A model generated the notes under the pieces. It ran no database searches, was not told where the DNA came from, and saw nothing but the letters and a program-made list of their open reading frames with translations. From positions 3,808,001-3,872,000 of the forward strand of contig CAVQMM010000001.1 of NCBI GenBank assembly GCA_963713615.1: DNA of 64,000 bases, given 5' to 3'. Numbering within the stretch: position 1 is the stretch's first letter; every line of letters begins with the position of its first letter. Source of the stretch: an uncultured Chlamydiae bacterium. GTDB lineage: Bacteria > Chlamydiota > Chlamydiia > Chlamydiales > JAJFMA01. This document shows positions 40,415 to 51,553 of this stretch, piece after piece. Both the position numbers and the translations under genes were made by a program.

Positions 40415-43162
40415 ATGAGCAATGATAACAAAGAAACCAAGAAAGGCTTTCCTAATAGCTTTATTCTGTTTTTGATGGCCGCAGTTTTGTTGGTCCTCAT
40501 GGTACAGAATTTTATGGATACAAAGCCCGCCCAAGTATCCTTCAGCTATCAGGTAGAGCATTTAGTCAATTTAGACCTCATTCAGCCCGATGAAAGCCAA
40601 AAGATTGCTGACCATGACAACCTGGTTACTTTTAGCGGCAAGTTTCGTCAGCGGCTTACCGACGAAGGCAAGAATCGCTATAAATACCTCGAATTATTGG
40701 ACACTCACCATGAGCTGATCCTAGCCAAATCTGACCTTCAGACTGAGTTGACGCAGTTACGCGCAAAGATCACAAATGCTGGGGAATGGTTTCTATACCT
40801 TAGTGGCCTATCAATACCTCCTAAAGGCTATGTCATCGTCGATGACCTCTACAACACCTTGGACCGCGACAATAGCGTTATCCTTCACAATTTACCCAAG
40901 AAGAGTGTTGAAAGTTACTCCGACCTCCGAGAAGAGCTTCGCGGTCTGGACCAAAACCCCACTGATCGGGGGCTGAAAGACTTTGGTAAATCCTTATCTG
41001 TTCTACTAAGAAACTTCCGTTCTCCGATGCTAGGCATTGGCAATGTTCCCATTAAACAGCACCTCGACCATTTAGATCGCTCCGTTATCGATGCTGACGC
41101 TCCAGACCTTTCGCCTAAAGCTCGCTTAGATATTTATAACGGTGTCATGGACGGTCTTGCCGAGGTGATTGGTGGATTAAACACTGAAGACGAGCATATG
41201 CGCTTATCTAAGCTCCGCAGTGTGCGTAATTACAAAGACGCTGTTGAACAGTACGAAGGTGTTCTCACTAAACTAGAGGACAACCAGCTTCAGCTTGATA
41301 AAGCCCGTGAGGCTGTCGCTGAGGTCGTATGGTTTTTCAACAACCAAGAGCTATCCACCAAGCAGCTGGAGAAGCAAGATCCCGAGGTCTACCATCAGTG
41401 GTTCCTGCATACCAAAGATGAATGGGATCATTTTACTGAGAACCGTGGCGGCGTATTCCGCGCTCCCGATCAGCCTTTGAACCTCGTTCTTGAAAAGACT
41501 TTTAAGAGCCAGGAGCCTTCTCCAAACTATGTGAGCTATCTGTTTACCCTGATGCCTGCAATTTTGGTCTTGCTAGTGCTCTACTTCCTCTTCACCAGAC
41601 AGATGAAGGGTGTCGGCACTAATGCCATGAACTTTGGCAAATCACCAGCGAAGATGCTCATCAAAGGAAGTACTAAAATTACTTTTAAGGATGTGGCTGG
41701 GGTTGACGAGGCTATTGAAGAGCTTCAGGAGATTGTGGAGTTTCTGAAAGCTCCTCACAAATTTACTTCTCTAGGCGGGCGTATTCCCAAAGGCGTTCTA
41801 TGCATTGGGCCTCCAGGAACCGGTAAGACTCTGATTGCAAAAGCTGTTGCTGGAGAGGCTGATCGTCCTTTCTTCTCGATCTCAGGTTCTGACTTCGTCG
41901 AGATGTTTGTAGGCGTTGGAGCTTCCCGTATTCGTGATCTATTCGACCAAGCCAAAAAGACGGCCCCATGCATCATCTTTATGGATGAAATTGATGCCGT
42001 AGGGCGTCATCGTGGTGCTGGTATTGGCGGTGGTCATGATGAGCGCGAGCAGACCCTAAACCAGCTTTTGGTTGAAATGGACGGTTTCGACACCAATGAC
42101 GGTGTCATTTTGATGGCGGCGACAAATAGACCTGACGTGTTGGATAAGGCGTTACTGCGTCCAGGACGTTTTGACCGTCGTGTGATCATCAATCTGCCAG
42201 ATATTAAAGGGCGCTTTGATATCCTAAAAGTCCATGCTCGCAAGATTAAGTTAGACAGTACAGTGGACTTAATGGCTGTTGCGCGCAGCACACCGGGTTC
42301 TAGTGGAGCGGATTTGGCGAACTTGCTTAATGAAGCAGCTCTGTTAGCGGCGCGTAGAGGTCGGACGGCAGTAACGGCTCAAGAAGTTGGTGAGGCTCGC
42401 GATAAAGTTCTGTATGGTAAAGAGCGGCGCAGCCTCGAGCTGGACGAGAACGAGAAGAAGACAACGGCCTTTCATGAATCAGGTCATGCGGTTGTCGGTC
42501 TAGTTGTGGAGCATGCCGATCCAGTGGATAAGGTGACAATTATTCCTCGAGGGATGTCCTTAGGAGCCACCATGTTCTTGCCTACAAAGAATCGTGTCAG
42601 TTACTGGAAGAAAGAACTCATTGACCAGTTAGCTGTCTTGATGGGCGGACGTGCTGCCGAGGAGGTCTTCGTTGGTGATGTTTCTAGCGGCGCGCAGCAA
42701 GACATTGAGCAAGCCACACACCTGGCTCGCAGCATGGTCTGTGAGTGGGGCATGAGCGAGGGGCTGGGCACGGTTGCTTACGACGAGCGCTCTGAAGGTG
42801 GCCAATATCTGGGCATGCAGGGATATTATGAGAAGAAATATTCCGAGGCCACAGCGCAGCGCATCGATGAAGAAGTACGTCGTCTAGTCGAGGCGGGCCA
42901 TGAAACCGCGGTCAAAATTATCAAGGAACGTGGCGATCAGGTAAAGTTGATGGCTGAGATGTTGATGGAGTTTGAGACTCTCGACATGGAAGACGTTCAG
43001 CTGATTGTTAGCGACAAATGGGATATGGAAGAAAAGCGCACACGTCTGCAGAGAATCGAAGAGCGTTTTAGAAAGCCTAGGGCAACTCCGCCACCTCCTC
43101 CGCCAGAGGAACCGTCAGCTGAGTTAGGCAAGAACCCCTCAGTGTCAAGATCACCGGCGTAA
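40415..43162 (+). CDS. ftsH: ATP-dependent zinc metalloprotease FtsH (long chlamydial form)
   Basis: [17 protein letters not shown]; large insert between the two TM segments. Confidence 0.97.
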   Translation: MSNDNKETKKGFPNSFILFLMAAVLLVLMVQNFMDTKPAQVSFSYQVEHLVNLDLIQPDESQKIADHDNLVTFSGKFRQRLTDEGKNRYKYLELLDTHHELILAKSDLQTELTQLRAKITNAGEWFLYLSGLSIPPKGYVIVDDLYNTLDRDNSVILHNLPKKSVESYSDLREELRGLDQNPTDRGLKDFGKSLSVLLRNFRSPMLGIGNVPIKQHLDHLDRSVIDADAPDLSPKARLDIYNGVMDGLAEVIGGLNTEDEHMRLSKLRSVRNYKDAVEQYEGVLTKLEDNQLQLDKAREAVAEVVWFFNNQELSTKQLEKQDPEVYHQWFLHTKDEWDHFTENRGGVFRAPDQPLNLVLEKTFKSQEPSPNYVSYLFTLMPAILVLLVLYFLFTRQMKGVGTNAMNFGKSPAKMLIKGSTKITFKDVAGVDEAIEELQEIVEFLKAPHKFTSLGGRIPKGVLCIGPPGTGKTLIAKAVAGEADRPFFSISGSDFVEMFVGVGASRIRDLFDQAKKTAPCIIFMDEIDAVGRHRGAGIGGGHDEREQTLNQLLVEMDGFDTNDGVILMAATNRPDVLDKALLRPGRFDRRVIINLPDIKGRFDILKVHARKIKLDSTVDLMAVARSTPGSSGADLANLLNEAALLAARRGRTAVTAQEVGEARDKVLYGKERRSLELDENEKKTTAFHESGHAVVGLVVEHADPVDKVTIIPRGMSLGATMFLPTKNRVSYWKKELIDQLAVLMGGRAAEEVFVGDVSSGAQQDIEQATHLARSMVCEWGMSEGLGTVAYDERSEGGQYLGMQGYYEKKYSEATAQRIDEEVRRLVEAGHETAVKIIKERGDQVKLMAEMLMEFETLDMEDVQLIVSDKWDMEEKRTRLQRIEERFRKPRATPPPPPPEEPSAELGKNPSVSRSPA

Positions 43163-43242
43163 GGACGAAAAGGACATAAAGAGGTGATTGCGGAAGTCCT
43201 TGCGACGCCGAAACAGCCATTAAAGCCCTCACAATCATGCTT

Positions 43243-43446
43243 CGGCCCGCAGCGCTTTGGAGTGCGCGTCGCTCGCGACCGCTTTGGATTTGGGCGAAGT
43301 TGGCATTGCAAGAAACGTAACCCTTCTCTCTAGGGGTAACTGTGTGTGTGTGGGGGGCAGCCTCCAAAGAACGGTGCGCGATTCAATAGGCTCACCCAAA
43401 TCCAAAGCGGTCGCGAGCGACACGCACTCCAAAGCGCTGCGCGCCG
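43243..43446 (-). repeat. REPIN-like core element, copy C
   Basis: Inverted relative to copies A and B; (TG)n tract in the spacer. Confidence 0.9.
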
Positions 43447-43508
43447 GGTGATGGTTCTCAGGGCTTAGGTTAAGGCCTACCTGGCGATGCCATAGCCGAT
43501 TTGGAGCT

Positions 43509-43937
43509 TTACAATAGCTGACCATACACCAGGATACCGCCTAACGCTGCTGTTGTTGCTACTAATGCCACTAGCACCACCAGTGCGACCAGATAGGGGC
43601 CCCTAGGAGCTTTAAAGCGCATGATCGCCGTAGCAATCATCCACACACCTGTTATCATACCTAGAGCTCGGTGCGCCAAGAAGTAGGGTTCCATTTGGGG
43701 TGAGAACGTCGCGCCCTCGCTGAAGAACCAACCTGTGATGACGGTGGGTACTACCATAATTGCGGCGACCACCAACATAAACTTCGCGGCATGGTCATAA
43801 AGTGGATTACGCCTCCATGAATACAAAAGCTCCGCAACGCCTGTCATTAATGCTAAGGCGATAGGAAAATGCACGAGAGCTGGATGCAGGTGTCCAATTT
43901 TTTGCATGATCTGATCATTCCAGAGGTCGCTTAACAT
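43509..43937 (-). CDS. DUF2231-like membrane protein
   Basis: HLHPALVHFPIAL...TGW...H...GGILVY pattern. Confidence 0.8.
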   Translation of the reverse strand: MLSDLWNDQIMQKIGHLHPALVHFPIALALMTGVAELLYSWRRNPLYDHAAKFMLVVAAIMVVPTVITGWFFSEGATFSPQMEPYFLAHRALGMITGVWMIATAIMRFKAPRGPYLVALVVLVALVATTAALGGILVYGQLL

Positions 43938-43959
43938 AATCCCTCCTAAACTTTACTGT

Positions 43960-44895
43960 TTATGCCTTCGCCTTGGGCTTGAGTACCACTAGATGATCAT
44001 TTTCGAATATGACATCCCCCTTCAGAGTGATAGTATCAACGACGCTGGCGAGAATCGGACAGAGGTCCCGGCCAACTTGTTCCGCTTCATGAGAGGGTCT
44101 CTCCACATCAATTAACAACTCCACATAGCAAAAATGCGGGTCATTTTGATCGGTGGCCAGGCCACCTTGAAAGACTGTGATCTTCGTATTTGGGTTGGCA
44201 TCCAAGAGCACCACAGCCTTACCTTTGCGGGCCCATTGCGCCGATGCAGTCATTTTGGCCTGCCCACGTTCGTATAGGGTTTGACCTCTGGTAGCTTTAT
44301 AGCCGTACAAACCTAGAATTTGCTCGATAGATAGGGGGGCCGTTTTGGCCATGAGTTCGGTCCAAACCCTTTTTGATGCTCTAGAGGGTTTTCCGGGACC
44401 TAGGTAGGTAATATGAAGTGTTTCACCCTCATCATTCAAGCCTACCCAGGCTTGAGTAAAATGCACGTTGCCGATGTCACACTCTACTGCCATGACGGGA
44501 AGATTCGCCCAACGTTTGTATTCGATACGAATATTGCGTGCACCCATCATTTTAAAATTCATGATGTCGTGAGAAAAGCCCCCCTGAGTTGTTTGACTGA
44601 TATTATCAGACAACCTCACCCACATCAGGCCCTTAGAAAAGTGAGCTCTTGCTTTGGCACCTTGCAAGTAGAAGTGATTGATATCTTGTTTGGTACCCCA
44701 AAGGACTCCATCTTTGAGGTTAGGAGCTGTATCTGCGGTGTAGGGGGCGACGATGAAATCGGAGGGCAGGGCAAGCTCGACGGGCGGGGTGTGATCCAAA
44801 CCTGGGAGGAAGAGCTGCACCTGGGGCTGAGAAATCGCCTGGCTGGCAAGGATGCAGAAGAGGGCGCTTAGTGCTCTAAGAGCAAAGCGATACAT
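43960..44895 (-). CDS. Hypothetical exported protein
   Basis: Signal peptide; GAGG RBS; no recognised domain. Confidence 0.65.
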   Translation of the reverse strand: MYRFALRALSALFCILASQAISQPQVQLFLPGLDHTPPVELALPSDFIVAPYTADTAPNLKDGVLWGTKQDINHFYLQGAKARAHFSKGLMWVRLSDNISQTTQGGFSHDIMNFKMMGARNIRIEYKRWANLPVMAVECDIGNVHFTQAWVGLNDEGETLHITYLGPGKPSRASKRVWTELMAKTAPLSIEQILGLYGYKATRGQTLYERGQAKMTASAQWARKGKAVVLLDANPNTKITVFQGGLATDQNDPHFCYVELLIDVERPSHEAEQVGRDLCPILASVVDTITLKGDVIFENDHLVVLKPKAKA

Positions 44896-44961
44896 GGTTA
44901 CCTCAGGGTTCGGTCTAAATGAGCGTTTAGACGCCTAGCCTCACCCTAACATGATATACCA

Positions 44962-45376
44962 TCATTTAACCAAGGAAAAAATCGGCCATCCCAGGGGATG
45001 GGATGGCCGAATATTACGGACTTTAGAAGCTTTAATTCTAGTGCGGGAAAATTCCAGTAGTTTCTTAGTTTGGGTAGCCAGCGCTAAATGATATAGAGCC
45101 ATACAATAATAATGCGGATCGCTTACATTGGCTTGGGATTCTTCTGGCAATGTTCCCATGTAGAGAGAGCATATCTTTCACGAGTTTAGGATCATCAACA
45201 AGCATAAATTCACCGGCCGAGTTGTTTCTAGTCTCATCAGTGAATAGAGCTGCAAAATACTCAGACTCTAAGCTCAGAAAAATTTTGTGCACTGGAAATT
45301 CGACTGCTGAATGCCCGCTTCCAACCCTTAAGGTATAGTCTGTGAGAGACCTCTGGTAAGCAGGCGTGATAGACAC
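44962..45376 (-). pseudogene. Frameshifted BTB/POZ-domain gene
   Basis: TDYTLRVG...FPVHKIFLSLESEYFAALF...DDPKLVKDML in one frame, YMGTL...LYHLA...L in another; break at the (CT)4 tract ~45162-45170. Confidence 0.7.
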
Positions 45377-45395
45377 ACGCCTGCTTACCAGAACT

Positions 45396-47483
45396 TTAGA
45401 CAGTAAGGGTTGCTTTGCGACTGAGGCGCAGTTGTCCACGCTCATTGATGTCCAGCACCTTTACAGTGATCACTTCGCCTTCTCTAACCAAATCATGAAG
45501 GTCTTTGACTCGGTCGTTGCAGTATTCCGAGATGTGGCAGAGACCCTCTTTACCCGGGAGCACTTCCACAAACAATCCAAATGGCACGATTGATGTGATC
45601 TTGCCGGTGTAGACCGCACCTACTTCAATCTCCGCAGTGAGACCGCGAATGATCGCTTTAGCACGTTCAATACCTTCCAGATTCGGGGAGGAAATACTAA
45701 TTAGGCCAGTGTCGTCGATATCGATTTCGACGCCAGTCTGCTCGATGATGGCGCGGATCTGTTTGCCACCTGGGCCGATGACTTCGCCGATCTTGCTAGG
45801 CTTGATGCGCAACGTTTCGATACGAGGAGCGTGAGCAGGAAGGCCTTTAGGTTTGGGGCAGACTTCCAACATCTTCTTAAGGATGTGGATACGCCCTTCT
45901 TTAGCTTGCGCTAGCGCGGCTCGGATGATGTTGGGGTTAATCCCTTCGACCTTGATATCCATTTGGAAAGCGGTGATACCATCTTGGTCTCCCGCTATCT
46001 TAAAGTCCATGTCGCCCAGAGCATCTTCGAGGCCCAGGATGTCAGACAGGATAGCAAAGTCCTCTCCCTCCAGAATCAAGCCCATCGCGATACCAGAGAC
46101 TGGACGCTTAATAGGAACGCCGGCATCCATCATGGCCAAGCATGCGCCGCAGACAGAAGCCATGGATGAAGAACCATTGGATTCTGTGATATTGGATTCC
46201 ACGCGAACGATATAAGGGAATTCCTCTGAGGAAGGAAGTGCAGCCATCAGAGCACGTTCGGCAAGCTTACCATGTCCCACTTCGCGTCGGCCTGGGGCGC
46301 CCACGCGGCCAACTTCACCTACGCTGAAGGGCGGGAATGAATATTGCAGGTAGAAACGATGCGACCCTTCGCCGTCGAGGGTTTCAAAGCGCTGAGCCAT
46401 GCTGGCTCCGCCCAGAGTACACACCGCCATGGCTTGCGTTTCACCGCGAGTGAACAGGCTGCAACCATGTGTACGAGGTAAGAGACTCAGCTCAATGTCA
46501 ATATTTCGGATGTCTTTCGTGCTGCGACCGTCACTGCGCAGACCCTCTTTTAGGATCATTTTACGGAGGATGGATGACTGCAGTTCTTTGAAAGCCTTGG
46601 TAACTTCCATCGGCTTGTGCTTGGGCTTCACTTCGCCTTCTGGTAGAAGAGCCTCAACAACGGCTTGCTTGATTTCTGCCACGGCGTTTTCGCGCTCTTG
46701 CTTTTTAGGAATACGCAAGACGGCTTCCAAGCGTGTTTTGGCGTGAGTGGCTACAGCATCATGCGTTTCTTTGGCGGGCTTTTCAATAACACCTTTTTTA
46801 GGCTTGCCGATTTGTTCGCGCCATGCGGTAAGGGCATGACAGATTGTCTTAATCGCTTCATGACCCGCATCAATTGCTGCAATGACTTGCTCTTCAGTTA
46901 AAAAGTCGCAATAGCCCTCGATCATTAAAACAGCGTCTTCCGTTCCAGCAATCATGAGGTCTAACTGCGATTTTGCCTGCTTCTCGGGAGAAGGGTTGAT
47001 GACAAACTTACCATCGATCATACCGACTTGAACAGCGCCGATAGGTTTAATCAGAGGAATATCAGAAATCACTAAGGCAGCTGAGGCCCCGCAGATCGCC
47101 AAAGGAGCGGTGTTAACCGTACCATCAAACGACCATACATAGGAAAGAAGCTGCACGTCATGGTGGTAGCCCTCGGGGAACATCGGACGAATCGGGCGGT
47201 CGATGAGGCGGCATGTTAAAGTCTCACGCTCTGTTGGCCGACCTTCTCGTTTAAAGAAACCACCAACAGTTTTACCGGCGGAGGAGAATTTTTCTTGATA
47301 ATCGACCCGAAGAGGAAGGAAATCGCAGTCGGGTGTCGGTTCGGGGGCTGCACAAGCTGTGTTGAATAATACAGTTTCATTGCAGCGAAGTAGGACCGCG
47401 CCGTTAGCTTGCCGTGCGATTTTTCCAGTCTCAAAATAGAGCTCGGTGTCGCCGACTTGCAGGGTAAAGGTATGACGTTGCAT
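45396..47483 (-). CDS. pnp: Polyribonucleotide nucleotidyltransferase
   Basis: ETGKIARQA, RGETQA, SNGSSSMAS, GDMDFK; KH and S1 domains. Confidence 0.98.
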   Translation of the reverse strand: MQRHTFTLQVGDTELYFETGKIARQANGAVLLRCNETVLFNTACAAPEPTPDCDFLPLRVDYQEKFSSAGKTVGGFFKREGRPTERETLTCRLIDRPIRPMFPEGYHHDVQLLSYVWSFDGTVNTAPLAICGASAALVISDIPLIKPIGAVQVGMIDGKFVINPSPEKQAKSQLDLMIAGTEDAVLMIEGYCDFLTEEQVIAAIDAGHEAIKTICHALTAWREQIGKPKKGVIEKPAKETHDAVATHAKTRLEAVLRIPKKQERENAVAEIKQAVVEALLPEGEVKPKHKPMEVTKAFKELQSSILRKMILKEGLRSDGRSTKDIRNIDIELSLLPRTHGCSLFTRGETQAMAVCTLGGASMAQRFETLDGEGSHRFYLQYSFPPFSVGEVGRVGAPGRREVGHGKLAERALMAALPSSEEFPYIVRVESNITESNGSSSMASVCGACLAMMDAGVPIKRPVSGIAMGLILEGEDFAILSDILGLEDALGDMDFKIAGDQDGITAFQMDIKVEGINPNIIRAALAQAKEGRIHILKKMLEVCPKPKGLPAHAPRIETLRIKPSKIGEVIGPGGKQIRAIIEQTGVEIDIDDTGLISISSPNLEGIERAKAIIRGLTAEIEVGAVYTGKITSIVPFGLFVEVLPGKEGLCHISEYCNDRVKDLHDLVREGEVITVKVLDINERGQLRLSRKATLTV

Positions 47484-47751
47484 TAAAAATAGCTCCTCAT
47501 TGTCGTAATAGAAATCATTGTCTTGACAGGAGGAGAGGTGTGAGCGACGGGCTAGGAAAGGCCTATGTCCTAGGACCTAAGGGGCTAACTCCCCTCTTCC
47601 ATAAGAGTCTATGACACATATAGTGTCAGCGGTAGAGGCTCTAAGAGAAGCTACGAGAAATAGAATTCAGAAAGCGCCATTTGAAAGCTTATATAAAGCT
47701 CGCCTCAAAGGGAGTTCTCTGACTTCTATGTCTGACGACTCTTGTCCTCGC

Positions 47752-47785
47752 AAAAAACGGAAGGCAGTTGCACCTGCAACTGCCC
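47752..47785 (-). terminator. Hairpin/terminator downstream of rpsO
   Basis: GGCAGTTGCA-CC-TGCAACTGCC with a nearby U-run on the minus strand. Confidence 0.5.
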
Positions 47786-47795
47786 CTGAAGTCTT

Positions 47796-48065
47796 CTATC
47801 TTCTAAGGTTGAGCTTTTTAATCAAAGCTTGGTACCGCTTAGTATCTGTTGAATTGAGATAATCCAACAAACGTCTACGCTGTCCCACCAACTTTAGAAG
47901 CGCTAGCCGGGATGCGTGATCCTTGGGCGAACGTTTCAAGTGTTCCGTTAGCTCTGCTATTCTCTCAGTGAGAATCGCGATCTGGACATCGGCAGAACCG
48001 GTATCCTTCTCATGAAGCTGGAACTTCTTGGTGATCTCTTCTTTAGTTCCTTTATCTAATGACAT
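47796..48065 (-). CDS. rpsO: 30S ribosomal protein S15
   Basis: [13 protein letters not shown]...KDHASR; ATG at 48065. Confidence 0.97.
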   Translation of the reverse strand: MSLDKGTKEEITKKFQLHEKDTGSADVQIAILTERIAELTEHLKRSPKDHASRLALLKLVGQRRRLLDYLNSTDTKRYQALIKKLNLRR

Positions 48066-48239
48066 CCAACGCACCCCCCTCGTTGCTTTATCGAAAGTGG
48101 CGATTAATCTTAAGGTCTTGCAATTTAAAACACGATCATACCACGTGGCCGAATTATTAATCAAGCGTAAAGAGTGCGCTAAGGTTCGATTTTTTGCCTT
48201 AGGCAGATCAAAACACCTTCCAAGTGGCTAGGAACGGCA

Positions 48240-48524
48240 TTATACCTTAGTATCAAGAATAATCTCAATATGTGGTGGATATTTTCCATAGGTATCGCGC
48301 CGCACCACAACTCTAAACGGAACTGTGATATGACCCAGGTACTTCTCCATCATCAGCTCGTCATAGACTTTCTGCTTTAATTCTTCACTGACGGGTTCAC
48401 CACGGTATTTTCGGAGGAGTTTCTTAATATACTCCTGTTCCTTGTCTACCAGAATGTGTGATCCGTAGAAGGGTTGCTCATGTATGTCTGTGTGGCTGGT
48501 CATGGATTTATCCTGTTTTCCCAT
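48240..48524 (-). CDS. Small hypothetical protein
   Basis: 94-aa ORF filling the gap; no recognised domain. Confidence 0.6.
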   Translation of the reverse strand: MGKQDKSMTSHTDIHEQPFYGSHILVDKEQEYIKKLLRKYRGEPVSEELKQKVYDELMMEKYLGHITVPFRVVVRRDTYGKYPPHIEIILDTKV

Positions 48525-48705
48525 ATGCTGTGACGATAGCAGATTCGCTGGTTCATGTCACTTTTTAGAAGTGACACGAACCGTTGCTAAATCCGCGTGC
48601 ATTCGTGTTGCTTCTAAAAAGTGACACGAACCGTTTCTAGCCATTCTTTGCACGTGGCATCTTTGCGTTAAAGGAGCGATCTGGTAGATTTCTGAGTTTA
48701 ATCCA

Positions 48706-49407
48706 ATGTTTACAGGCGGTTTGATGATGAAAGACAGTACCTTTGCCGATAAGTTCACAGTATTGAGTCCCTGGATGTCCCGGTTGACTACGTCGATTAA
48801 GGGGGACTTGAAGAGGGAGCACCTAAAGCGAGAGCCGGCTTTTGTGAAGGCGCATTTCTCAACCAAGGATGTTAACCGCATCGGAGCGGATGAGTTGACT
48901 GTAGTCTATACAAAGGTGTTAAGCAGTGCAGATGCAGAAGCTACTGGAGAGCTGGTCACAAATATTTGGTTGTTGAAACATGGGGAGATTTATCGCTACT
49001 TCGAGACTGAGTTAAGTAAGTTGGCTAGCGACTTCACGACTTTGGAGAGCATTTCTGATGATAAAGGTCAGCCGATTATCGATGGTGGGGTTAGGGAGTT
49101 TGGAGCGATCGATACCTATCTCTTTGCCGTATTGAATTCGGTTGTCTTTACGAATGCTATTTATGAGAAACTCAGAAAATTAGCGGAGGAAGAATCTGCG
49201 CAGACGACTAAGGAGCCTTCGAAGTCGACGACTTCAGATGAAGCGAGTACCAAGAATCATGAACGTGAAATCGCTAGACTTCACGAAAAATATGAGAAGA
49301 AGTTGGCGGGTCTGCAGCAAAAATACCTTCACGATATCGACATCTTTAAAAAAGAGGTAGCTCGTCTGCGGCAAAAACTGGCTGAAGTTTCAGTCGAGAG
49401 ACGCTAG
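48706..49407 (+). CDS. Hypothetical protein with C-terminal coiled coil
   Basis: 233 aa; ends 3 bp before tadA. Confidence 0.75.
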   Translation: MFTGGLMMKDSTFADKFTVLSPWMSRLTTSIKGDLKREHLKREPAFVKAHFSTKDVNRIGADELTVVYTKVLSSADAEATGELVTNIWLLKHGEIYRYFETELSKLASDFTTLESISDDKGQPIIDGGVREFGAIDTYLFAVLNSVVFTNAIYEKLRKLAEEESAQTTKEPSKSTTSDEASTKNHEREIARLHEKYEKKLAGLQQKYLHDIDIFKKEVARLRQKLAEVSVERR

Positions 49408-49410
49408 ACG

Positions 49411-49929
49411 ATGGCGGACCCTTTTCCTTTCTCCATTTCGGCAAAAAGCGACGACGAGCGCTTCATGTTAGAAGCTCTGAAGCAGGCGTGGAAGGCTCAG
49501 CAGGCAGGCGAAGTGCCCGTCGGTGCAGTGTTGGTTCATGAGGGGCGTGTCGTTGCGCGTGGATATAATCAGGTGGAATTGCTTCAGGACGCTACTGCAC
49601 ATGCTGAAATGCTGTGTCTCACCGCCGGAGCTGCCACATTTGGACAATGGCGATTGGCTGATACTACCTTATACTGCACGATTGAGCCATGCAGTATGTG
49701 CGCAGGAGCGGTGCTATTATCGCGCGTTCCAATCGTTGTGTGGGGAGCCCCCGACGTGCGTCATGGTGCTAACGGCAGTTGGGTCGACCTTTTTATCAAA
49801 CAGCACCCTACGCATTCTGTGACGGTACGAAGGGGCGTTTTGGAAGAATATGCAGCTACACTCCTCCGAGAGTTCTTTCAAAAACGTCGTTTGGAAAACA
49901 AGCAGAAGAAGGAAATACTGGATGAGTGA
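49411..49929 (+). CDS. tadA: tRNA adenosine(34) deaminase
   Basis: EVPVGAV, HAE and EPCSMC motifs. Confidence 0.96.
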   Translation: MADPFPFSISAKSDDERFMLEALKQAWKAQQAGEVPVGAVLVHEGRVVARGYNQVELLQDATAHAEMLCLTAGAATFGQWRLADTTLYCTIEPCSMCAGAVLLSRVPIVVWGAPDVRHGANGSWVDLFIKQHPTHSVTVRRGVLEEYAATLLREFFQKRRLENKQKKEILDE

Positions 49930-50158
49930 CACCTGGTTGGCGACTGAAGAGCTGATCAATGAAGTTGTAGAAGGACAAAGGCAACGCTTGCTACATCTAG
50001 GACGACAAATCATACCAACCCTAACACCAGAAGATATTCTACAACCTAATGACTACCCAGAGCTCGAAAATAACCCCGTTTTTCGTTATGAAGAAGGGCT
50101 TTTAGCGGGTATGCAGGCCATTCATATGGCTTTAAGGGCGCACGAGATGTGTCAGTAG
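49922..50158 (+). CDS. Small hypothetical protein (CT845-like by position)
   Basis: PTLTPEDILQPNDYPELENNPVFRYEEG; overlaps the tadA stop. Confidence 0.7.
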   Translation: MSDTWLATEELINEVVEGQRQRLLHLGRQIIPTLTPEDILQPNDYPELENNPVFRYEEGLLAGMQAIHMALRAHEMCQ

Positions 50159-50165
50159 CGTCTAA

Positions 50166-50722
50166 AGGACCAAAGGGACATAAAAGACATAAAGAGGTAA
50201 TTGCAGAAGTTCGGTTTCTCGAAGTCAATTTTCGAGAATCGGATGCCAGTGAAAGAAGGGTCGATACTGCAACAGACCATGGCATCGCCACATAGGCCTC
50301 AACCTAAGCCCTCACAATCGTATCTCGGCGCGCAGCGCTTTGGAGTGCGTGTCGCTCGCGACCGCTTTGGATTTGGGTGAACTAGGCATTGCAAGAAACG
50401 TAACCTTTCGCTCTAGGGGTAACTGTGGGGGTTTAAGCCTCTAAAGAACGGTGCGCGATTCAATAGGCTCGCCCAAATCCAAAGCGGTCGCGAGCGACAC
50501 GCACTCCAAAGCGCTGCGCGCCGAGATACGATTGTGAGGGCTTAGGTTGAGGCCGATGTGGCGATGCCATGGCCTGTTGCAATATCGACCCTCGGGCCTG
50601 GGAATCGATTCTCAAAGGCTCAAATAATTCTGCAATTACCTCTTTTAGTTGGAGGGGAAGATGTGTTCAAAAAATGTGCAAAGTCCAGCTTTATGTCCTT
50701 TCCGTCGCTTTGGGCCTTTGGT
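50166..50722. repeat. Multi-layer nested palindromic element containing core copy D (50324-50525)
   Basis: 124-bp arms at 50257-50380 and 50469-50592 (4 mismatches), inside AGAGGTAATTGCAGAA...TTCTGCAATTACCTCT. Confidence 0.9.
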
Positions 50723-50749
50723 CAGTCCACAAACGATACGAAATCGTTA

Positions 50750-51424
50750 TTACAGCGACTCGGTATTAAAGATGGTGAGGATTTGCGCAAGTTCCTCTTC
50801 GAAGTCTATCAAAGCAGCATTCAGAAGATGTTCACGCCTGCTTGCGTCGAACGATGAACTGCTTGTAAGATGCGTGAGCATGCCAACGGCTTTATGGTGG
50901 GCTTCTATTAGGTCTTCTTTGCAATGTAAAAACCGAGAACGCAGGCTGTTGAGCTGCGGATTGTGATTTAGATGTGGTGACAACACCGAGGCTCCTAAGG
51001 CGGCAAGTTTGGAGCGATAGAGGCCAGTAAGACGCTTTTTTGCCGCATGCCATAAGTGGAAGACTGCTTCCGTCTCAGTTTTGATGTATGCACCCACAAC
51101 AATAGAAGCTATTCCGATGAAACCAGCAAACGCACCCACCAGACCTTTGAGGATCCAGCAATACATGGGGTACAAATTGGTCAACACCCAGTGTGGCTGT
51201 CGCAAGAAAATAACCGCACTCAAAATAAGCAACAGAGCACCGAGATGAAAAAAAACGAGCCGGTAGAATGTCGCTTTTCGCTTTCGCGCCGTATAGGGCT
51301 TGCGCTTTTCGTGGAGATTAGTCTGAAATTCACCGCGCAATTGGATTAAGGAAGTCAAACGCACTTCCTTCTGGTCCTTTTCCGAGTCTCCTGATCTATT
51401 CATCCATGTCGAAAAAGCCTGCAT
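50750..51424 (-). CDS. Hypothetical two-TM membrane protein
   Basis: Two hydrophobic segments and a helical C-terminus; GAGG RBS. Confidence 0.7.
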   Translation of the reverse strand: MQAFSTWMNRSGDSEKDQKEVRLTSLIQLRGEFQTNLHEKRKPYTARKRKATFYRLVFFHLGALLLILSAVIFLRQPHWVLTNLYPMYCWILKGLVGAFAGFIGIASIVVGAYIKTETEAVFHLWHAAKKRLTGLYRSKLAALGASVLSPHLNHNPQLNSLRSRFLHCKEDLIEAHHKAVGMLTHLTSSSSFDASRREHLLNAALIDFEEELAQILTIFNTESL

Positions 51425-51523
51425 AAAAACCTCTCTCTTAGCCTAACCCAGTATATTTAAATTCAAATGGATTTGACAGATTAAATACCAACATTATAGG
51501 TCAGGTGAATAATTTTAGTATAT

Positions 51524-51553
51524 AAAAAAACGGCGTGCCTAGGCAGACACACC
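51524..51553 (-). terminator. Rho-independent terminator
   Basis: Minus strand ACGGTGTGTCT-GCCT-AGGCACGCCGT followed by a T-run. Confidence 0.75.

Noticed and set aside
48561..48639. Mini CRISPR array
   Set aside because: Only two imperfect repeats with a 21-bp gap, and no cas genes in the window.
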